Source: Spirochaetota bacterium
GTDB taxonomy: Bacteria > Spirochaetota > UBA4802 > UBA5550
Assembly: GCA_963664815.2 (NCBI GenBank)
Contig: CAXXHB010000003.1
Location: 960,001-1,024,000 of the forward strand
Length of the DNA: 64,000 nucleotides
Direction: 5' to 3'
Under the pieces are notes generated by a model, which was not told the origin of the DNA, made no database searches, and saw nothing but the letters and a program-made list of their open reading frames with translations. The position numbers and the translations under genes are program-made. Positions 49,796 through 58,896 of the stretch are shown piece by piece (the first letter of the stretch is position 1; every line of letters begins with the position of its first letter).

Positions 49796-49827
49796 GTTTA
49801 TAAATATCAAATTAAAGGGGGGTTTCA

Positions 49828-50691
49828 ATGTCGCAGAAAAGAGCAGAGGATATTATAAGGATGAGGCATTCCTGCAGGTCATACCGGGATATACCTCTTC
49901 TTGAAAATGACCGTACAGGGCTTGAAGAGTTTATAAAGCAGAGGATTACCGGGCCATTCGGATCTTTTGCGGAATTTATTCTTATCGCAGCTGTCCCCTC
50001 TGACAGCGATGTTTTAAAGGGGCTTGGAACATATGGGTTTATCAGAAACCCGGCCGCTTTCATTGTCGGGATTTTAAAAGATGAACTGCAGAACCTTGAG
50101 GATTTCGGCTATTCAATGGAGAGAATAATACTTCATGCGACTGAGATGGGCCTTGGATCCTGCTGGCTCGGTGGAAGCTTTAAGAGAAGCAGCTTTGCTG
50201 AAAAGGCCGGAATAAAAGGTGAAGAGGTTATTCCGGCAGTAGCCTCGATCGGTTATACAGCCGACCGGAAAACTCTTACCGACAGATTAATAAGGTCATT
50301 TGCAGGATCGGACAACAGGAAAAGCCGGAATGAACTGTTTTTCTGCGACAATAAAGGGCGGCTGGATGCATATCCGGAAAATGTTTACAAAAAAGCCCTG
50401 GATATGGTGCGTCTTGCCCCTTCTGCTTCAAACAAACAACCCTGGAGAATTGTGAAAGAGGATGGAAAAAATATATTTCACTTCTTCCTGGAGAGGACAC
50501 CCGGTTATAACAGGAATGTAAAACCATCAGGGCGTGCTGACCTGCAGAGAGTCGATATGGGGATTGCAATGTGCCACTTCGAATGCGCCGCCATTGAGCT
50601 TGGTCTTAAAGGTTTGTGGAACAGAGAAATAACGGCCGGCATTAAATGCCCGGAAACATGGGAATACAGTATAACATGGAATGGGGAGTGA
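49828..50691 (+). CDS. Nitroreductase-family protein (two-domain, TM1586-like)
   Basis: RHSCRSY, GLGSCWLGG, LAPSASNKQPW, DMGIAMCHF. Confidence 0.85.
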   Translation: MSQKRAEDIIRMRHSCRSYRDIPLLENDRTGLEEFIKQRITGPFGSFAEFILIAAVPSDSDVLKGLGTYGFIRNPAAFIVGILKDELQNLEDFGYSMERIILHATEMGLGSCWLGGSFKRSSFAEKAGIKGEEVIPAVASIGYTADRKTLTDRLIRSFAGSDNRKSRNELFFCDNKGRLDAYPENVYKKALDMVRLAPSASNKQPWRIVKEDGKNIFHFFLERTPGYNRNVKPSGRADLQRVDMGIAMCHFECAAIELGLKGLWNREITAGIKCPETWEYSITWNGE

Positions 50692-50695
50692 TTTT

Positions 50696-51640
50696 ATGAA
50701 AATAACAAGGAGAGCATTTGCCATCGGAGTTACTGCCGGCGCAGCCGGATTATACCTGTCGGGGATTATAAGGGGTGAGAGTCTGAAAAGAGGGAATAAT
50801 ATGAAAAGCGGAAAAGCAAAGAGGGGACTTGTCGTATGGTACAGCCAGACAGGCAACACTGCGAGAATAGGGAAGCTCATTGCATCAACATGGAGAAATG
50901 CTGGAATCAAAACGGATTCCGGCGACTACAGGGATCTGACGGATATAAATTTTAAAGATTATGATGTTATAGCCATGGGGAGCCCGGTATACTATTATGA
51001 AGTGCCGGAAAATTTCAGAAAATGGATAAAGAAAATCCCTTCAATCGGGGGCATACCGGTTGCATCATTTGTAACATTTGGAGGGGAGGGTGGAAACCAG
51101 CATAATACGGCATACAGCATCCTTGAAATGCTTTCGCTTAAAGGTGGTGTGCCGGCGGGTATGGGCCTTTTCGGCGCCATGTCATCATTTGCCCTTACCT
51201 GGTCGGCAGGAAACGGGGAACGTGTCCTGAAGTACAAAGATCAGCCTGATGAAGCAGCATATTCGAAAGTGAAGGGATACGCGCGGGATATACTTGTAAG
51301 GATTAAAGATGGTAAAGAATTCCATGTGTCGGATGAGTTCAACTTCAGGAATTATATAAGCGGTGGTATGTCGATAGGTTTTACAAAACTTATGATAACG
51401 GGACATAAGGTAAACAGGGGAAAATGCATAAACTGCGGGAGATGTGTGAAGTCATGTCCTGCAAACTCGATATTCCCGGAAAAGGGTCAGGTCGATACCG
51501 GTAAATGTATTGCGTGTCTGGGGTGTATCAACAACTGTCCGGCTGATGCAGTGGAGATGAATTTTATGGGGAAAAGGGTTTACGGCTTCACCGAGTTTCT
51601 TAAAAGAAATAATGTTGTTATTAAAGAACCTGTGTGTTAG
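50696..51640 (+). CDS. EFR1-family flavodoxin + 2x[4Fe-4S] protein with a twin-arginine-like leader
   Basis: YSQTGNT flavodoxin loop; CINCGRCVKSCP and CIACLGCINNCP; N-terminal ITRRAF. Confidence 0.85.
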   Translation: MKITRRAFAIGVTAGAAGLYLSGIIRGESLKRGNNMKSGKAKRGLVVWYSQTGNTARIGKLIASTWRNAGIKTDSGDYRDLTDINFKDYDVIAMGSPVYYYEVPENFRKWIKKIPSIGGIPVASFVTFGGEGGNQHNTAYSILEMLSLKGGVPAGMGLFGAMSSFALTWSAGNGERVLKYKDQPDEAAYSKVKGYARDILVRIKDGKEFHVSDEFNFRNYISGGMSIGFTKLMITGHKVNRGKCINCGRCVKSCPANSIFPEKGQVDTGKCIACLGCINNCPADAVEMNFMGKRVYGFTEFLKRNNVVIKEPVC

Positions 51641-51645
51641 ATCGT

Positions 51646-54054
51646 TCACCTCAAACTGGCAACAGTAACACCGTCACCACCTTCTCCCATTTCACCCCTT
51701 CTGAAGTCGCGCACGTAGATACTCATCTTAAGAGTATCGCGCACGGCCTGTTTCATAGCGCCGGTTCCGTGGCCGTGAATTATAATAACTATTCTTATAC
51801 CCTGCCGTTCCATTCTGTCCAGTGACTCGTTCATAAACGCCAGGGCTTCATCAACCCTCTTCCCGCGAAGGTCTATTGTGTTGTATGATGTCTGTATTGT
51901 CGTGCCGATATAGCTGTCCGTTATCCCGGTTACTGCCGCTTTCCTGTACTCTTTTACCCTGGATTGTTTAGCTGAACCTTCCGGGAGAAGGTACAGATCC
52001 TTAACCTGGAAGCGTGACCTTATGGATCCACCCAGAAGAACAAGAGCAGTTTTCCCTGAGCTGTCAATTTCCTCTATGGTACCCTCTGCCTCGATTGATG
52101 CGATGAAGACCCTGTCCCCCTTCTTTGTTTTGTCGGGAACCAGTTCGCTTAACGTATCGGCATATTTTTCGCGGGATTCACCGCTCATGCGTTCGCTTAT
52201 TTCGCTGCGGAGCTTCATTATCTCTTCGTTGAGTTTTCCGGCCTCTTTCTGATCAAGGGACTGCAGCCCGGTTATCCGCTTTGCTATCTTTTCCCTGTAG
52301 GCATTCAGCTCGTCAATAAATTCCACACCCTTCGCTTTCTTCGTTTCGGCAATAAGACGGTTCAGCTCATTCTGCCTTGATTTTATCTTTTCCCTGTCCT
52401 CGGTTATCTCTGCGGTGAGGGCTCTTACTTTTTCACGTTCTTCCCTGATCTCGTCTTCATAAATCTGGATCTTTTCAAGAAGTCCTTCAACGCTTGATTC
52501 CCTGCTGTCTACAAGCTCGTTTGCCCGGTTGAGTATCTTTTCGGGAATTCCGTATATGCGGGCGATTTCAACCGCGTGGCTGACACCCGGTATGCCTGTA
52601 CGAAGCTCATAGGTGGGTTTGAGGGTTTCCAGGTTGAAGGTAACCGAACCGTTGCGGAACCTGCTGTCGTTTACCGCAAGCTCTTTAAGCTCGGTGTAGT
52701 GAGTTGTTACCACTATCCGGCTGCCGGTATTTATCATATATTCGAGTATGGATTGTGAAAGGGCTGCCCCCTGGCGCGGATTTGTGCCGACAATAATTTC
52801 ATCTATTATTACCAGTGTCCTTTCATCAGCCTCTCTGAGTATTTCATTGATGACCGTAAGCTGGCCCGAGAATGTGGAGAGAGACTGTGACAGGTTCTGG
52901 TCGTCACCTATATCGGCCATAATATTGCTGAATATCCCTATTACCGAATCGGGGCTTGCCGGGATATGAAGACCGAACATGGCAAAGAGCGCGCATAAGC
53001 CGATTGTCTTGAGCATTACGGTTTTTCCGCCGGTGTTGGCTCCTGATATTATTAATGCGTTGTAGTCAACTCCCAGTTCAACATCATTGGATATGATAGT
53101 ATCCGGAGACATGATGTACAGCAGCGGATGGTGCGCCCTGTAAAGTTTTAGTACCGGCTGTTCTGAGATTACAGGCTCGCTGCTTCTGGTCATTATACTG
53201 AATCTGGCCGCTGCATTGATAAAATCAAAAAAGGTAAGAACCCTGAGATTTGACTCAAGGTACTCCCCGTGTGCCGCAACGGCTATTGTGAGCTCGGCAA
53301 GTATCTTCTGAATCTCAAGAAGAAGCTCCTTTTCCAGGGTGATGATGCTGTTGTTTATATGGGTAAGCTCAGAGGGCTCGAAGTATACAGTTGCTCCGCT
53401 TGCGGATATGTCGTGAACGTTGCCGTTTATTTTCCCCTTCATGCCCGATCTGACAAGTATTACATATCTCCCGTTGACAGTGGTGAAGGTTTTTTCCTGA
53501 ATAATTTTCTCGTTGTCGGGTGAGTGAATTATTTTGCTGATGCGTTTTTCAATATCCTGTTTTGTGGAGTGTATATCTTTTTTAAGTCTTCGCAGAATTG
53601 TAAATTTGTCCTCGTTCAGATGACCGTCATCGGTAATTGTCACGGAGAGAATTCTGCTGAGTTCATTGAGCGGGTTAATTCTTGAAAACTCATCCTCAAG
53701 AGAAGGAAACTCCTCTCTGTGCGTGTCAAGATATTTCTTTATCCTCTCGGATGCGAAGGTGAACTGCTTTACCTGCATCAGCTCCTCAAGGTTAAGAACT
53801 CCACCCTTTCCGGCAATGGCAGTGAGATCGGAGATATCGCTGATTCCGGTAAGCTGAGGCGGGGTTCCCCTCCCGATAAGTTCCTTCATAGCGCTTATCT
53901 TTTTCATCTGGATAATTATTTTGAATTCAGGCACAGGCTTCAGCTTCGATGCCATTCTTTTCGCCGAATCGGATACGCACAGAGAGATTAACTTCTCCTC
54001 AATGAGCGGCCATTCAAGTATGTCGAGTATTCTTTTGTTAAATCTGTTTTTCAT
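51646..54054 (-). CDS. mutS2: MutS2 protein with Smr domain
   Basis: ISGANTGGKT, DIGDDQNLSQSLSTFSG, TTHY, IIHGHGTG, GGDGVT. Confidence 0.95.
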   Translation of the reverse strand: MKNRFNKRILDILEWPLIEEKLISLCVSDSAKRMASKLKPVPEFKIIIQMKKISAMKELIGRGTPPQLTGISDISDLTAIAGKGGVLNLEELMQVKQFTFASERIKKYLDTHREEFPSLEDEFSRINPLNELSRILSVTITDDGHLNEDKFTILRRLKKDIHSTKQDIEKRISKIIHSPDNEKIIQEKTFTTVNGRYVILVRSGMKGKINGNVHDISASGATVYFEPSELTHINNSIITLEKELLLEIQKILAELTIAVAAHGEYLESNLRVLTFFDFINAAARFSIMTRSSEPVISEQPVLKLYRAHHPLLYIMSPDTIISNDVELGVDYNALIISGANTGGKTVMLKTIGLCALFAMFGLHIPASPDSVIGIFSNIMADIGDDQNLSQSLSTFSGQLTVINEILREADERTLVIIDEIIVGTNPRQGAALSQSILEYMINTGSRIVVTTHYTELKELAVNDSRFRNGSVTFNLETLKPTYELRTGIPGVSHAVEIARIYGIPEKILNRANELVDSRESSVEGLLEKIQIYEDEIREEREKVRALTAEITEDREKIKSRQNELNRLIAETKKAKGVEFIDELNAYREKIAKRITGLQSLDQKEAGKLNEEIMKLRSEISERMSGESREKYADTLSELVPDKTKKGDRVFIASIEAEGTIEEIDSSGKTALVLLGGSIRSRFQVKDLYLLPEGSAKQSRVKEYRKAAVTGITDSYIGTTIQTSYNTIDLRGKRVDEALAFMNESLDRMERQGIRIVIIIHGHGTGAMKQAVRDTLKMSIYVRDFRRGEMGEGGDGVTVASLR

Positions 54055-54555
54055 ATCAGGTATTCAGGTTATATTTAATATCTGCGGCATGACAGTTTTA
54101 TGTGTCAATAAAATATTTTCATCCATGCGGCTGAATTTTCCTGTAAATACTGCCTGTTGCTGTTTTTCCGTTCAGCGCTTCATTTTCTCTCTAAATTATC
54201 AAAGCGGCATAAAATTTTACAATATATTCCACAAATGTAAATCCTGAACTTTTAAATAATGAAAAAAGCACTATTCCAGCCGCTGCCGGAGGCGGCGGTT
54301 ATATATGATCTTTTACTTTAAGCTAAAACATATGTTAAGAGATTAAGATTGAAAATTTTATTTATTTTATTAGGAATTGCTGGATTTTTTATAAGTCGTA
54401 AAGTTTTCTTGTAAACTGATATCAAGGTTAAAGATAATTGTATTTCTGTAGAATAAGATTATTTCAAACTGGCTTAACGGAATACAAATAATCTTAACAT
54501 TGAGCTGTAAATTTAACATAAAAAAAAGAGTATTCCGGTTATTCCGGGCAAACAG

Positions 54556-54591
54556 TTTTTATGAGGCGGATTATTTTTATGAGGCGGATTA
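54556..54591 (+). repeat. 18-bp tandem duplication TTTTTATGAGGCGGATTA x2 covering the cheW RBS
   Basis: Seen directly, ending just before the ATG at 54593. Confidence 0.85.
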
Positions 54592-54592
54592 A

Positions 54593-55057
54593 ATGAAGAA
54601 ATACAGTAAAATGTTTGTGTTTAAACTGCTTGAACAGAGTTACGCGATAGATCTTTTTTCTGTGGAAAAAGTGATAGAAGCTGTTGAAATTACGCCTGTT
54701 CCCGGGAGTATAAAAAATCTTGCGGGAGTGATAAATATTCACGGGAAAATTGTGCCGGTTCTGAATATAAGAAAAAAATTTAATATGCCGGAAAGAGAGA
54801 TTGATATTGATGATTATATTGTAATTGTAAAAATTTCAGAAAAAACCGTGGCATTCATTGCTGATTCTCTGGTTGGAGTTATTGATATACCGGAAGATAA
54901 AATGATACAATCCGCTGAAATACTGCCTGATCTGCAGAATATTGAAGGTATAATAAAACTCCCCGGAGATATGATATTTATTCATGATCTTGAGAAGACC
55001 CTGTCTTTTGAAGTTAAAAATGATATTGATGCACTGGATGCACTGCAAAATGGTTAA
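54593..55057 (+). CDS. cheW: CheW (WspB-like)
   Basis: GVINIHGKIVPVLN. Confidence 0.9.
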   Translation: MKKYSKMFVFKLLEQSYAIDLFSVEKVIEAVEITPVPGSIKNLAGVINIHGKIVPVLNIRKKFNMPEREIDIDDYIVIVKISEKTVAFIADSLVGVIDIPEDKMIQSAEILPDLQNIEGIIKLPGDMIFIHDLEKTLSFEVKNDIDALDALQNG

Positions 55058-56636
55058 TCTTATATTACCTGAAAATATTCTTGCCGGGCTTATGGAAATC
55101 ATTGAAGAAAAGCTTGGCCTTTATTTCCCCAGAGAAAAATGGGATGACCTTGAAAGGGCGCTGCAGCTGAGTTTTTCTGAACTGGGCCATACTGATATTG
55201 AATCATTCTCGAAACATATAATAAAGGATAATATAAGCAGCGATGAACTGGAAATTCTGGCGGCCAATTTAACTGTCGGTGAAACTTATTTTTTCAGGGA
55301 GCCGAATTCTCTGAATGCCTTTGAATATAACATTCTTCCTGATATCGTTAAGGCCGGGAATTTATGCGGGCGGAGTCTGAGGATCTGGAGTGCCGGCTGT
55401 GCTACCGGAGAAGAACCTTATACAATAGCAATGATACTGAAAAATTCCATACCATCGATAGATGACTGGGATATTACAATACTTGCTACTGATATCAATA
55501 TGAAATTTATTCATAAAGCCCGGGCCGGTGTATACACAAAGTGGTCATTCCGCGATGTACCACGGTGGATTACTGACAAATACTTTGTTCAAAGAAATGA
55601 AAACCTCTATGAACTGAAGGGCGAGATTAAAAATATGGTTACTTTTAGCTATCTTAACCTTATGGATGAGAACTATCCCTCTGTTCTTAATGATACAAAT
55701 GCTATGGATGTTATATTCTGCCGGAATGTGCTTATGTATTTTTCTGAGAATAATATAAAGAGAGTAGCAGGCAAATTCAACAATTCGCTGAGAGAAGGTG
55801 GATATTGTATTGTCAGCCAGACCGAATTATCCGAATATTATTTTAACGAATATCAGAGAGTTAATTCTTCAGGATCTATTATTTATAAAAAGGATTCATT
55901 TAAGAAACCGGCATCGGCAACTGCTCCCCTGTTATGGAAGAATGTATTAAACAGGCGGAATACGGGATCGGTTGTGAATCCGGCAGAAACTTCATTAATG
56001 GAAATTAAGCTGCCTGAAATACATTTTTTTAAAGTCTCTTCTGATGCTGAGAATAACGGGAATGCTGAGTTTAAAGAGATTAATGAGATTGAGAAGATTA
56101 ATAGAACTCATAAGATTAATAAGACTGAAGAGACTGAAGGGATTGATCAGATCAGGGAGCTTTATGAAACCGGCAGTTATGATGACGCGTTAAAAAGACT
56201 CATTCCATTTGTTTCATTAAAAACGGCTGGCTCTGAAGCCTTTGCCATGCTTGCAAGGATATATGCCGATAAGGGGATACTTGATGAAGCTGAAAAATGC
56301 TGCCGGGAGGCTATTGTAATAGATAACATGAATCCCGGATACCACTATCTGCTTGCAACAATTTACAGAGAGAAGGGTGTTTTAACAGAAGCTGTTTCCA
56401 GCTTAAGGAAAGCGATCTACCTTAACCCTGACTTTATAATTGCATATTATACTCTTGGAATAATTGCTGTCAGGCAGAATAAAAAACCGGAGGCGGAAAA
56501 ATATCTGGATACAGCGCTCTCTTTACTGAAAAAATACGGACCTGATGAATTTATTCCTGAATCGGAAGGGATTCCTGCCGGCAGACTGGCAGGAATTATT
56601 GAATCTGTGAAAGCGAGGTTATATAATGAACCCTGA
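55050..56636 (+). CDS. cheR: CheR methyltransferase with C-terminal TPRs (WspC-like)
   Basis: TVGETYFFRE, WSAGCATGEEPY, IFCRNVLMYF; TPR tail. Confidence 0.92.
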   Translation: MVNLILPENILAGLMEIIEEKLGLYFPREKWDDLERALQLSFSELGHTDIESFSKHIIKDNISSDELEILAANLTVGETYFFREPNSLNAFEYNILPDIVKAGNLCGRSLRIWSAGCATGEEPYTIAMILKNSIPSIDDWDITILATDINMKFIHKARAGVYTKWSFRDVPRWITDKYFVQRNENLYELKGEIKNMVTFSYLNLMDENYPSVLNDTNAMDVIFCRNVLMYFSENNIKRVAGKFNNSLREGGYCIVSQTELSEYYFNEYQRVNSSGSIIYKKDSFKKPASATAPLLWKNVLNRRNTGSVVNPAETSLMEIKLPEIHFFKVSSDAENNGNAEFKEINEIEKINRTHKINKTEETEGIDQIRELYETGSYDDALKRLIPFVSLKTAGSEAFAMLARIYADKGILDEAEKCCREAIVIDNMNPGYHYLLATIYREKGVLTEAVSSLRKAIYLNPDFIIAYYTLGIIAVRQNKKPEAEKYLDTALSLLKKYGPDEFIPESEGIPAGRLAGIIESVKARLYNEP

Positions 56637-57210
56637 TCTGATTAACAACTCCGATGAAAAAAAAGACTATGATGAAAAAAGAGTCTATGATGAAAAAAAA
56701 AGAATATTAAGGGAACGCGCTGCAAAACTTTCAGTTGAAGCAGCGGAGACTCATGAAAATGAGGAAATTGAAGTTCTGAAATTTATGCTGGATAAGGAAG
56801 TGTATGCAGTTGAATCGAAATATATAAGGGGAGTTTACCCTCTTAAAAGATTTACCTCTGTTCCATGTACACCTTCTCATGTTACAGGAATTATAAATAT
56901 CAGGGGGCAGATATTGTCTGTTATTGACCTGGGTAAATTTTTTGAACTTCCGAGAAAAGGATTGTCAGATCTTAATCAGGTGATAATTCTTAATAATTCA
57001 GAAATGGAATTCGGAATACTTGCAGATGAAATTTCAGGTGTTATTAAAGTATCCGCAAATGATATTGAAACCGGTCTGCCGACTCTGACGGATATCAGGG
57101 CTGATTATCTCAGGGGAGTTACAAAAGAGAGGCTTATAATACTGGATGGATGGAAAATTCTTACAGATGAAAGACTTATAGTAAATGATGAAGTACATGA
57201 AATAATATAG
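56626..57210 (+). CDS. cheW: CheW (WspD-like)
   Basis: ILRERAAKL, GIINIRGQILSVIDL. Confidence 0.9.
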   Translation: MNPDLINNSDEKKDYDEKRVYDEKKRILRERAAKLSVEAAETHENEEIEVLKFMLDKEVYAVESKYIRGVYPLKRFTSVPCTPSHVTGIINIRGQILSVIDLGKFFELPRKGLSDLNQVIILNNSEMEFGILADEISGVIKVSANDIETGLPTLTDIRADYLRGVTKERLIILDGWKILTDERLIVNDEVHEII

Positions 57211-57237
57211 CAGGACTAATTGCAGGGGGATTTGTTT

Positions 57238-58881
57238 ATGTTTGACAATGTGAAAATAGGTACGCGGCTGGGATTGGGCTTTACGGTTATTATTTTTATG
57301 ATGATTACCGTAATAATAATAAGTTTCATTTCAATAAAGGACATCAATGAAAGGGTTGAAAAAATTGTAAAAATCAATAATGTCAGGATCCAGCAGTCCA
57401 GCGCAATGATTGACAATGCAAGGGAAACCTCCATAGAAATCCGGAACGCGCTGCTTGCAAAAGGTAGGCCCGATTACCGGAATTACCTTGACAGTGTAAA
57501 GAGCAGCATCCAGGAGAGAAGAAGGAAGTACACTGATTCAATACTTAAAATTGAAGAGATTACAGTTGATGACGATGTAAAAGGGGAAAACCTGATCGGC
57601 AGAGTGAAATCACTTGGAGATAAGGTTGTTGAAATGCAGGATAAGATTATCGCTTCGGCGTACGCCGGCAGGTTTAATGATGGCGTTGACTTCATGTTCA
57701 GGGAGGCCTACCCGCTGGTAAGAGAATGGATCTCTGCAATGAATGATCTGATAAAATACAATGAAGAGCATAATAACCTGCGTTATAACCAGATGATCAG
57801 TGTACAGAATAATACACGGCTGTATATTATAATAATAGGTTTTGTGGCTATTATTGCAGGAGTAGCTATCGGAATCTTTATAACACTTAGTATAACACGC
57901 CCGCTGTCAAAAGCTATTAAGGTTGCCAACAGTATTTCATCCGGAAATCTCTCCGCCCATATTGACATTGAAGAGCGCAGAGATGAAGTCGGAGTACTTA
58001 TGCAGGCATTAAGAACAATGGGCGATAATCTCAGGGAGCAGACAAAGGCGACATTTGAAGCGATAAATGTGCTTGCCAGCTCAACAAGCCAGGTATCGGC
58101 AACAGCAAAACAGCTTGTTGCAGGCGCGCAGGAAACTTCCACTTCAGTTTCCGAAACTACCACGACTATGGAGGAGGTAAAACAGACATCACGGCTTGTA
58201 AGCCAGAAGGCTAATCTTGTTTCGGACATTGCACAGAATACGGCGCATGTTTCAGAAACAGGGAGCAGATCCGCCGAAGAGTTTTTCCTGATCATGGGAA
58301 AAATAAGGGAACAGATGGACTTTATAGCCAATAGCATCGTTAAATTAAGCGAACAGAGCCAGACAATAGGATTAATTATCTCTGCAGTTAATGATCTTTC
58401 GAACCAGTCAAACCTTCTTGCGGTGAATGCCTCAATCGAGGCTTCCAAAGCCGGTGAGCATGGTAAAGGTTTTGCCGTTGTTGCCCAGGAGGTAAGGAAT
58501 CTCGCAGAACAGTCAAAAAACGCTACCAGTCAGGTGAGAACAATTTTAAGCGATATCCAGAAATCCATCTCCGGAGCGGTTATGGCTACTGAACAGGGTA
58601 AAAATGCGGTCGATTCCGGTGTCAGGCAGTCTCAGGATGCCAGGGAGGCTATCCGGCAGATGTCTGATGGTATAATAAAATCTTCACAGGCCTCAATGCA
58701 GATTGTCATTTCTATCAATGAACAGGTGATAGGCATAGACCAGGTATCTATAGCAATGGAGAGTATAAAAAAAGCTACTGAACAGATTGTGGAAAGTACA
58801 CGCCAGTCGGAAAATTTATCAAAAAATCTCAATGATCTGGGGTCACGGATGAAGCAGATGACAGAAAGGGTTACTCTGTAA
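57238..58881 (+). CDS. Methyl-accepting chemotaxis protein (WspA-like)
   Basis: Two TMs, [31 protein letters not shown]. Confidence 0.93.
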   Translation: MFDNVKIGTRLGLGFTVIIFMMITVIIISFISIKDINERVEKIVKINNVRIQQSSAMIDNARETSIEIRNALLAKGRPDYRNYLDSVKSSIQERRRKYTDSILKIEEITVDDDVKGENLIGRVKSLGDKVVEMQDKIIASAYAGRFNDGVDFMFREAYPLVREWISAMNDLIKYNEEHNNLRYNQMISVQNNTRLYIIIIGFVAIIAGVAIGIFITLSITRPLSKAIKVANSISSGNLSAHIDIEERRDEVGVLMQALRTMGDNLREQTKATFEAINVLASSTSQVSATAKQLVAGAQETSTSVSETTTTMEEVKQTSRLVSQKANLVSDIAQNTAHVSETGSRSAEEFFLIMGKIREQMDFIANSIVKLSEQSQTIGLIISAVNDLSNQSNLLAVNASIEASKAGEHGKGFAVVAQEVRNLAEQSKNATSQVRTILSDIQKSISGAVMATEQGKNAVDSGVRQSQDAREAIRQMSDGIIKSSQASMQIVISINEQVIGIDQVSIAMESIKKATEQIVESTRQSENLSKNLNDLGSRMKQMTERVTL

Positions 58882-58896
58882 CCGGGTTATGGTCTT

